A stretch of DNA of 64,000 nucleotides, taken from contig JBLIRO010000002.1 in the NCBI GenBank assembly GCA_049472335.1, forward strand, positions 1-64,000, written 5' to 3'. The notes beneath the pieces are model-generated. The model saw nothing but the letters and a program-made list of their open reading frames with translations. It did not search any database and was not told the origin of the DNA. Origin of the DNA: a bacterium. Lineage in GTDB: Bacteria; SZUA-182; DTGQ01; JAFGSM01. Made by a program: the position numbers and the translations under genes. Shown here piece after piece: positions 37,938 through 46,067 of the stretch. Each line of letters starts with the position of its first letter. The stretch's first letter is position 1.

Positions 37938-38914
37938 GCGATAATTTTGAGACCACAAAAGTACTGGTTGTGGACGATGATCCGGCAACCAGGGATATTA
38001 TCAGACTGAGTCTTTGCCCCCTTGGCTATCAAATAAGTGAGGCGGTAACAGGCACTGAGGGACTGGAGAAAGTGATCATAGAGAATCCTGATATTATTGT
38101 TCTGGATGTAATGTTGCCTGAAAAATCAGGACTGGACGTCTGTCATTATCTCAAGGAAAGCTCCATTACCGCTCATTTACCTATAATCATGTTGACTGCG
38201 AAACAAGACCTTGCTGACAAACTTACAGGGCTGGATACAGGTGCGGATGACTATATTATAAAGCCTTTTGATCCCTTGGAGCTTGAGGCAAGGATAAAGG
38301 CCCTATTGAGAAAAACAAGGCGGGATCTCTTTGCCAATCCTCTAACCCGCCTGCCGGGAAGTATTTCCATAGAGAAAGAGATTCAGAGGATTATTGATGA
38401 AGGAGAACCTTTCGCGGCCATATTTATAGATCTGGATAACTTCAAGGCTTATAACGATAATTACGGGTATGCAGCGGGAAACAGGATAATTATTTTTACA
38501 GCCCATACAATTATGTCGGCAAACAAAAAATATGGCAATCCTCAGGATTTTATCGGGCATATCGGCGGAGACGACTTTGTGTGCCTGACAACACCTATTT
38601 GTGTCGATAATGTGTGTCAGGAGATTATCAGAATTTTTGATCAGCTCATTCATCTTCATTACAGGGAGGAGGATTTAAAGAGGGGCTATATTGTGAATGA
38701 AGACAGAAGGGGCCGAATTAAAAAATTCCCTTTGATGAGTATTACCCTGGTTGTAGTTACTAATGAAGAAGCCACCTTTGATCATCACCTTCAGATATCG
38801 GAAAAGGCGGCAGAATTAAAAAGGCACGTAAAGATGCTTCAGGGCAGCAATTACAGGAAAGACCGGCGAAAAGGAGCCGCCACTCAGAAACCGTTCACGG
38901 AAGAGGCCGTTTGA
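37934..38914 (+). CDS. Response regulator REC + GGDEF-type nucleotide cyclase (GGDDF variant)
   Basis: [50 protein letters not shown]. Confidence 0.9.
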   Translation: MSDNFETTKVLVVDDDPATRDIIRLSLCPLGYQISEAVTGTEGLEKVIIENPDIIVLDVMLPEKSGLDVCHYLKESSITAHLPIIMLTAKQDLADKLTGLDTGADDYIIKPFDPLELEARIKALLRKTRRDLFANPLTRLPGSISIEKEIQRIIDEGEPFAAIFIDLDNFKAYNDNYGYAAGNRIIIFTAHTIMSANKKYGNPQDFIGHIGGDDFVCLTTPICVDNVCQEIIRIFDQLIHLHYREEDLKRGYIVNEDRRGRIKKFPLMSITLVVVTNEEATFDHHLQISEKAAELKRHVKMLQGSNYRKDRRKGAATQKPFTEEAV

Positions 38915-40209
38915 AGATGAAACTTAATATTACACAAAAGCTGATGGTCGGGTTTCTAGTGGTCCTTCTTTGCGGGACCATGAGCGGCGCCATATCATAT
39001 GTAAGTCTTGATCAGATTGAAACACAGTTTCAGTCCTTTTACACAACCAGAGAGAAGGACTCGGACAGGAGGATAGAATCAATAATCAAAGAGTTGAAAC
39101 GGATGAAGGTGCTGACTTTCGCGCTGATAATGCTGGATTTTTTGGTTACCGTGATTGTAATACTAATCCTGTCCAACAAATTTACAGATCCTATAATATC
39201 TCTTTCTACAATGGCCAAAGAGATTGGTGAAGGACACTGGGGGAAAAGAATAGATATCTCCAGCCAGGATGAGATTGGGCAACTGGCCGGGACTTTTAAT
39301 CAGATGTCGAGATCCATTTTGGATAGGGAAAAACAAATTGAAAAAGCTCAGGAAGAGCTTAAAAAAAGGGATGAAATCCTGGTCAAGACCAATAGAGAGC
39401 TGGAAAGGCTCAATGAGCTTAAATCCGATTTTCTTTCAACGGTCTCCCATGAACTGAAAACCCCTCTGACCGCGATTAAGGGTTATGTCTCGTTAATGAA
39501 AAACAGCAAGATAGGACCGGTCAATCAACAACAATACAAGTGCCTGGTCATAGCTGATGAACGGGTGGATCATTTGAACAATCTCATTTCAGACCTTCTG
39601 GACCTGTCGAAAATAGAAGCAAACCAGTATGCGATAAAATCAAAACAGGATGATCTCGCTCAATTGATCAGAAATACTGTTTCATCCTTGTCACCTATCT
39701 TTAAAAATAAAAAATTGAATCTGGAGGTTCTGATTCCACAAGGTCTTTCTCCTGTGTATATGGATGCACCTAAAATAAACCAGGTTCTGACAAATCTTCT
39801 TAGCAATGCCGTAAAGTTTACACCTTCAGGGGGAGATATTAAGGTCAGTCTAATTCAGGATGTCTCACAAAATGGAGGGAGTGGTAGCGGATTTGTTCAG
39901 GTGGATATATCAGACACTGGTATCGGATTGGCCCCCGATCAGAGGGAAAAGATCTTTGAAAAGTTTTATCAGGTAGATCATTCCCCGACGCGAGAATATG
40001 ACGGGACCGGTCTTGGCCTCCCAATAGCAAAAAAAATTGTTGAGCTCCACGGCGGTAAGATTTGGGTTAAAAAAAGGAAGGGAAAGGGGAGCACTTTCTC
40101 CTTTACCATACCAATGGCAGTTGAAGCCGGAACAATGGAATCAGAGATGATGGCAGAAACAAAAAAAAGCAAACCAACAACAAGAAAAAAAAGGGAAAAT
40201 AAGGAATGA
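38911..40209 (+). CDS. Membrane sensor histidine kinase (short periplasmic loop, HAMP, HisKA, HATPase)
   Basis: [40 protein letters not shown]. Confidence 0.95.
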   Translation: MKMKLNITQKLMVGFLVVLLCGTMSGAISYVSLDQIETQFQSFYTTREKDSDRRIESIIKELKRMKVLTFALIMLDFLVTVIVILILSNKFTDPIISLSTMAKEIGEGHWGKRIDISSQDEIGQLAGTFNQMSRSILDREKQIEKAQEELKKRDEILVKTNRELERLNELKSDFLSTVSHELKTPLTAIKGYVSLMKNSKIGPVNQQQYKCLVIADERVDHLNNLISDLLDLSKIEANQYAIKSKQDDLAQLIRNTVSSLSPIFKNKKLNLEVLIPQGLSPVYMDAPKINQVLTNLLSNAVKFTPSGGDIKVSLIQDVSQNGGSGSGFVQVDISDTGIGLAPDQREKIFEKFYQVDHSPTREYDGTGLGLPIAKKIVELHGGKIWVKKRKGKGSTFSFTIPMAVEAGTMESEMMAETKKSKPTTRKKRENKE

Positions 40210-41711
40210 ATCAACCTAGTATACTGCCGATTTTGGCCTTGGTATTTCCATTAATCGGGGCCATAGCACTCCCGTGGATTGATAGATTTTTTTCGGGAAT
40301 GGCAGATCGGTTTACAGCCATAGTAACCCTTGCATCCGCGATAGCTGTGGGGTCGATGTATCCCCATATAAAAGCAGGGAAAATACTCGTTTATTCCATT
40401 TCAACCGGGTTGCCCGTAGGTCTTTCTTTCTATGTTGACAGCCTGGGTTTTTTTGTCGGAATGATCTCCGTCATCATTTGGATGCTGGGAAGCTTTTATG
40501 CAATAGGCTTCATGAAGGGCGCCGATTCGCATGTGCGTTATGATGCATTCTCTCTGCTGACACTTTTAGGCATGCTGGGTGTCGTCTTTACCGGGGACCT
40601 TTTTAGCTTATATGTCTTTTTTGAGATATTAAGTGTTGCCTCTTTTATGCTAATGGCTCATAAACAAACAAAGGCGGCACTAAAAGGCGGACTGATTTAT
40701 ATCTTTATGGGTATATCCGGAGGGCTTATTTTGCTGTTTTCGATCCTTTTAACCTATACGCTGGCTGGAACAATAAACCTTTCGATGATAGGGTTAGGAT
40801 TGAAAGGATCGCCCTTCCTGCCCTTTATTTTCATTGGTTATTTAATTGGTTTTGGGGTTAAGGCAGGGATCTTCCCCCTTCATTTCTGGATGCCTTCCGC
40901 GTATCCCGAAGCCCCTACCTGTGCAGTGGCACTTTCATCAGGTGTCATGATCAAGGCAGGCGCTTATGGAATCATAAGGACTTTGTATGGAATCATGGGA
41001 AGTGATTTGATGAAAGGCAGTATTTTGGCCGGATTATTGCTTTTTATGGCCATGCTCTCCATATTTGTAGGTTCTGCCGCTGCGATTAATCAATCGGATA
41101 TAAAGAGACTTCTCGGATATTCAAGTGTTTCACAGATTGGTTATATTATGATGGGTGTGGCCCTTTTGTCGCCGACGGGTTTGTTGGGAGGCTTGGTCCA
41201 CATCTTCAATCACGCGATTATAAAGGCCGCCTTATTCCTTTGTGCCGGTTCCATGATCAAGCAGACAGGCAGACGATATCTCCCTGAGCTAAAAGGGATA
41301 GGCCGTGAAATGCCGATAGTGACCTTTTGCTTTTCTTTTGCATCCCTTTCCATGATAGGTCTACCTCCGTTCAATGGTTTTATAAGCAAGTGGTTTCTGG
41401 CATTAGGGGCACTCGAGTCTGCCAAAGTCGGCTCTTATAGTCAATGGATAGGAATCTCAGCAGTCGGTTTGCTTATCCTTAGCAGCTTTATGAACCTGGT
41501 ATACTATGGCCCGATTGTTTATGGAGCATGGTTCGAGAAGAGAAAGGATGAATCTGAATCCAAACCTGACAATGACAAAAAGACAGCTTCGGACCCGGAA
41601 GCAAGTATGCTTTTGCCTATCTTAATACTTGCTGCGGCTACTTTGGTCTTTGGCATATTACCCGGCTGGCCTTTAAAACTTGCAAGACAGATAAGCAATA
41701 TGGTGTTTTGA
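40206..41711 (+). CDS. Antiporter-like subunit 3 (MrpD family; close paralog of subunit 2)
   Basis: [45 protein letters not shown]. Confidence 0.88.
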   Translation: MNQPSILPILALVFPLIGAIALPWIDRFFSGMADRFTAIVTLASAIAVGSMYPHIKAGKILVYSISTGLPVGLSFYVDSLGFFVGMISVIIWMLGSFYAIGFMKGADSHVRYDAFSLLTLLGMLGVVFTGDLFSLYVFFEILSVASFMLMAHKQTKAALKGGLIYIFMGISGGLILLFSILLTYTLAGTINLSMIGLGLKGSPFLPFIFIGYLIGFGVKAGIFPLHFWMPSAYPEAPTCAVALSSGVMIKAGAYGIIRTLYGIMGSDLMKGSILAGLLLFMAMLSIFVGSAAAINQSDIKRLLGYSSVSQIGYIMMGVALLSPTGLLGGLVHIFNHAIIKAALFLCAGSMIKQTGRRYLPELKGIGREMPIVTFCFSFASLSMIGLPPFNGFISKWFLALGALESAKVGSYSQWIGISAVGLLILSSFMNLVYYGPIVYGAWFEKRKDESESKPDNDKKTASDPEASMLLPILILAAATLVFGILPGWPLKLARQISNMVF

Positions 41712-41717
41712 GGTATT

Positions 41718-44618
41718 ATGAACAGGACAAAATATATTATAGTATTTATTGTGCTTTCCCTATTTATTTGCGGAGGTGCTTTGGTCTGGGCCTCTGGTTC
41801 GAATACAGGCCATCATTCAGGCCAATCCCATGAAACCCTTGAGGCAAGCCAGCATGAGAGCGGAGAGTTATCTTATGATGAGATTACTTCAAACGCGAGC
41901 GCACGGAATATTCTCCCGATAATTTTGATTTTGGTCCCTCTGCTCGGCGGTATTTTATTGGCCTTTTTACCTAATGACCGTCTGGGTGGTAATCTCTTGA
42001 TTTTATTTACCGGTATCCCCTTTATATTATCCTTTTTTCTCTATAATCCTGTTATAAAGGGGATCCACAAAAACGGGGTGTTGCTGAAGGGGATATACCT
42101 TGAATTCCCTTTTCTACCCCAATTTGGATTTAATCTCACCTTTAAGGTCGATCCCATATGTCTTACACTGATTATTTTTACGGGACTAATATGGTTTTTG
42201 ACTGCAATTTATTCCAGATCCTATCTGGAAATCGAAAACAATCGGCGGCGCTACAATATAGCTAATTGTTGTTGCCTTGCTGTCACTCTGGGCGCTTTCA
42301 TGGCAGGGGATTTTTTCACCTTATATATATTTTATGAAGGGATACTCCTGTTTCTCTATCTCATGGTGGTCCATAGAGGGGATGAAAGGGCCCTGTCAGC
42401 TTCCAAGGTGTATCTGTATCTGGGTGTGGCAACAGGATTGATTCTTCTGTACGGCATATTTTTACTCCATTATTTAACCGGAACTGTTGAAATTAAAAGT
42501 CTGGGAAATGTCTTGTCGGCCGCACCAGCCTGGGGGCGTTATGTTATAGCGGGAATGTTTATCATAGGGTTTGGCGGGAAAGCGGGAGTTTTTCTCGAGC
42601 ATATCTGGATGCCCAGTTCTTATGGTGATGCTCCTTGTCTTACCGCTGCCCTATCATCCGGAATTATGATTGAAGTTGGCGCGTATGGGATTTTCCGGAC
42701 TGTTAATATGTTGTTCGCCCCATTGGGTATGCCTGCGTATCCTTCATTATGGAAATGGGCTTCCCCTGTCTTATGGATGGATATAACCCATATCGGACAT
42801 ATACTAATTTGGCTTGGGATATTGACGATGTTTTTGGGTGCTTTAAATGCTCTCATATCAAACCATAGTCTAAAACTTCTCGCTTATTCCAGTGTCAGTC
42901 AAATGGGCTATATTATTATGGGGATTGGATGCGCCGCTTACATGGGAGCCGATGGTGCAATGGGCCTGGCAGGTTCCGGTTATCATATCATAAACCATGC
43001 CCTCTTCAAGGTGGCCCTTTTCCTTTGTGTAGGTGTTGTGTTTTTTAGAACAAGGGAGACCGATATCAGGAACCTGGGAGGATTGTGGCGAAATATGCCC
43101 ATGACGGCCTTTGTTATGTTTATAAGCTTGTGTGCCATATCAGGGATACCCGGATTTAACGGATTTGCAAGCAAAACCATGCTGCACCACGCCATTGTGG
43201 AGGCTTACGAACATTCGTTCCATGTATTAGGAACCCCCGACAGGTGGCTGAAACTTGCAGAATGGCTATTTATTGTAACCGCGGGCTGTACGTTTGCTTA
43301 TAATATTAAACTCTTTTCATTCATATTTCTCGGAAAAAGACCTCAAAAGTATGCGGATGTCACGGACGCACCCATACCTATGAAGGCGGCTTTAGGTTCC
43401 CTGGCCACACTGACTGTATTCATGGGGCTTTTCCCGAATTGGCTATTGGATAATTTTTTGGGGCCGATGCTTTCATATTTTGGTTTTAGCTCCAATTCGC
43501 ATTCATATCATCTTATCTATAATCTTCATGCAAATGGTGGCCCTCGCTCTATTATCCCTTTACTCTATAATCCAACCACAAAGGCCTTTTTAACCGATCC
43601 GGAAGTAGTGCACAACCTGGTTGGGGGAAGCTCAGCAATTCTCATTGGTGGCACAATACTCATTTTGGGCCTCACTTTAAGGTTTTTTGTATATAAAGTC
43701 TCCGAGACATATCAGGTTGAATATTATTATCGCCGACTATTCAAAGGATTTTTGGCTCTTTGCTCAATGACCTATAACACAATAGTTTACGCAGGGGAGC
43801 TGCTTGTTGCCAAATTAATGATATATTCCTGGATACCACCGTTAAGGATGGAAAATGTCATATCTCCGGCAGGAGATTTAGATGATAAAAAAATAGACAA
43901 ACAAATCTTGAACTATATTTCTGCTCTGGAAAGTAATAAGGTAAAGAATAAGGCCTTTTTTGAGCATATATCGAAGTTCGATAAAAAATACAGCGAGGCT
44001 CTTGAAAAAGCAATGAAAGAAAAGGGATTATTCGAGCATATTACTAAAGCGGAAGAAAAATTCTCGAAATCCATGAGTAGGGCAATACTCAATAAGGGGC
44101 TTTTTACAAGGATTTCGAGTGTTGATGAAAAACTCTCTGGCTCTGTTGATAAGGCAATAGGTGATAAGGGGGTTTTTGATAAGGTAACATCTGCAGACAC
44201 CATATTTGATAGTATGGTGGATAAGGTTATATTCAGTAAAATCTTTTGGGGTATGGTTGCAAAAGCAGACGGGAGCATACTTACCTCCGACTTTTTGAAG
44301 AAATTCATAAATATGGAAAAAAGTTACGATTCATTAATGGAGAAGATTTTGTTCGGTATGATAGGTAGCGAAGATCTGTCGAAGATCAAATTAGAGCGTA
44401 CTGATTTTGCCCGTTCATGGTTTTTGAATTTATGTAAAAAGGTAGCGAGGATCCATACCGGAGATATAAGTAATTACATCAGTTGGATTGCCATTGCCCT
44501 GACAGTGATTATTGTGGTTCTTGTAGGGATCCCTTATTTGAAGACATTGTTTGCAATAATACTGGCTCTTACCCTGACCATTTTCGCGACATTCATTTTG
44601 GCACTATTTTTCTTGTAA
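41718..44618 (+). CDS. Large antiporter-like subunit 4 (MrpA/NuoL/HyfB-like) with His-rich N-terminus and repeat-extended C-terminal helix
   Basis: FYEG, KAGVFLEHIWMP, KLLAYSS, NHALFK, GIPGFNGFASK; C-terminal ARIHTGDISNY plus TMs, as at the end of the NuoL/MrpA lateral helix. Confidence 0.85.
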   Translation: MNRTKYIIVFIVLSLFICGGALVWASGSNTGHHSGQSHETLEASQHESGELSYDEITSNASARNILPIILILVPLLGGILLAFLPNDRLGGNLLILFTGIPFILSFFLYNPVIKGIHKNGVLLKGIYLEFPFLPQFGFNLTFKVDPICLTLIIFTGLIWFLTAIYSRSYLEIENNRRRYNIANCCCLAVTLGAFMAGDFFTLYIFYEGILLFLYLMVVHRGDERALSASKVYLYLGVATGLILLYGIFLLHYLTGTVEIKSLGNVLSAAPAWGRYVIAGMFIIGFGGKAGVFLEHIWMPSSYGDAPCLTAALSSGIMIEVGAYGIFRTVNMLFAPLGMPAYPSLWKWASPVLWMDITHIGHILIWLGILTMFLGALNALISNHSLKLLAYSSVSQMGYIIMGIGCAAYMGADGAMGLAGSGYHIINHALFKVALFLCVGVVFFRTRETDIRNLGGLWRNMPMTAFVMFISLCAISGIPGFNGFASKTMLHHAIVEAYEHSFHVLGTPDRWLKLAEWLFIVTAGCTFAYNIKLFSFIFLGKRPQKYADVTDAPIPMKAALGSLATLTVFMGLFPNWLLDNFLGPMLSYFGFSSNSHSYHLIYNLHANGGPRSIIPLLYNPTTKAFLTDPEVVHNLVGGSSAILIGGTILILGLTLRFFVYKVSETYQVEYYYRRLFKGFLALCSMTYNTIVYAGELLVAKLMIYSWIPPLRMENVISPAGDLDDKKIDKQILNYISALESNKVKNKAFFEHISKFDKKYSEALEKAMKEKGLFEHITKAEEKFSKSMSRAILNKGLFTRISSVDEKLSGSVDKAIGDKGVFDKVTSADTIFDSMVDKVIFSKIFWGMVAKADGSILTSDFLKKFINMEKSYDSLMEKILFGMIGSEDLSKIKLERTDFARSWFLNLCKKVARIHTGDISNYISWIAIALTVIIVVLVGIPYLKTLFAIILALTLTIFATFILALFFL
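43950..44270 (+). repeat. Four full plus one partial 24-aa (72-bp) degenerate tandem repeats in subunit 4
   Basis: KAFFEHISKFDKKYSEALEKAMKE / KGLFEHITKAEEKFSKSMSRAILN / KGLFTRISSVDEKLSGSVDKAIGD / KGVFDKVTSADTIFDSMVDKVIFS / KIFWGMVAKAD. Confidence 0.8.
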
Positions 44619-44644
44619 TTTAACAAAGATTATAGGGTATACAT

Positions 44645-45595
44645 ATGGAAATGAAAAAGGTTTTAAAGGTTATCCTTATAAGAAGCGGTATTCTTCTAAG
44701 CCTTCTGGTAGTATTGATCATGGCCATTAAAACAATGGTTCAGGAAGGGCCTATAGAACCGCTCAAACAGGAAAAAGTGCTGGCTGTCCTTATGAGAGAA
44801 GCATCTGAGGAGACCGACCTGCATTTAAGGGGGCTAAAGGACGGAATGGTGTTTAATGGATTGAAATATACAACAAAAATCTATGCAGTTCCGTCCCTGA
44901 TCAGGGAGGCGAATCTGGTCTATATCATGAGTCCTTGTCAAGCCGAAGAGATTCTCGGTCAGGAGGATATTGATTTCCCATATCAAATGATCGGTTATTC
45001 ATATATAAAAGAACCCCGCACAAATTATACTGGTATCTATTGTGACCTGGATTGGCAGAGAATATTTCCTATTTACCAAAAGATAATTCCGGAGATGAAG
45101 AGGGTGGGAGTTTTATATGCCCAGGGTTCATGTGATGGTGAGAAGCAGGCCCTTTCCATGAAATCCGCTGCCGAGATGAGACCGAACCTGACAGTTTTTG
45201 TTCAAACCTTGGACCCTTTTGGAGAGGACCTTGAAAGCATATTGTCGGAATTATTCCAAAAGGCGGATGTCATTTATGCTGTTGCGAGGGACAAAATCAT
45301 TCAAACTCACATAGAGAGCATAGCCGAGATTTGTCTTCAAAAAAGGGTTCCTCTTATAGGTGGGGGGATATTCGGACCTCAAAAAGGCGCGCTTGCTTCT
45401 CTGGCCTATGATCCCTATAGGGTGGGACGAAAAGCGACGGATTTAATAAGGGCCTTGGAAAGTAGTGCTGAAATATACGATATGGAGATAGTCAGGATGG
45501 AGCCGGAGCTTTACATAAACCTTAAAACTGCCTACACTTTAGGAATAAACATACCTTCCAATTTAAGAAAAATAGCCGAGAAGGTTTATAATTAG
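44645..45595 (+). CDS. Membrane-anchored solute-binding protein (ABC_sub_bind-like), no ABC partners nearby
   Basis: N-terminal TM; PEMKRVGVLY, GALASL, ELYINLKTAYTLGINIP C-terminal signature. Confidence 0.75.
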   Translation: MEMKKVLKVILIRSGILLSLLVVLIMAIKTMVQEGPIEPLKQEKVLAVLMREASEETDLHLRGLKDGMVFNGLKYTTKIYAVPSLIREANLVYIMSPCQAEEILGQEDIDFPYQMIGYSYIKEPRTNYTGIYCDLDWQRIFPIYQKIIPEMKRVGVLYAQGSCDGEKQALSMKSAAEMRPNLTVFVQTLDPFGEDLESILSELFQKADVIYAVARDKIIQTHIESIAEICLQKRVPLIGGGIFGPQKGALASLAYDPYRVGRKATDLIRALESSAEIYDMEIVRMEPELYINLKTAYTLGINIPSNLRKIAEKVYN

Positions 45596-46067
45596 AGAGA
45601 GTGCATAAAATGCCTAAAGTCTCAAGCGCCTAAAGTTAAGGAATAAACTTTCAGATATACTTCTTTCAGGATACTTCAATCAAGACACAAAACATCTTGT
45701 CTTTCTGATTCAATATCCTACTTTTTACCTCGATTTGTTTAAAGGGATTTTTTTCTTATCCTTTTAGTTTTAAATGTGCAATCTCTTATATGTTATGATA
45801 TATTAATAAAAATGAAAAAGGGTATCAGATAAAAGGACAAAGAAGATTTATTGTCTTTAACGCGGTTGAAGGAGAAGGGATCCTAATCTATAATAGCATT
45901 GTGATTGTCAAAATACTCCCGTTAAATTGTAGGTTTCATATATGTTTTTATTCCCTTTCGACTTTATATCTAATGTAGGAAAACAACGACTCGTACATTT
46001 GCTCAATAAAATGCCGAAAAAAGACTTAGTGGAGAAGGCAAAATTTACCCAAATAAGGAGATAGCTC

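Noticed and set aside
31326..44618. Membrane-bound hydrogenase (Mbh/Ech/Hyf) or complex I operon
   Set aside because: No NiFe large/small subunit, NuoH-like or ferredoxin-like subunit genes in the cluster; only the antiporter module is present.
45611..45636. gcctaaagt repeated twice after the solute-binding protein gene
   Set aside because: Only two 9-bp copies with no associated gene; too weak to call a repeat element.
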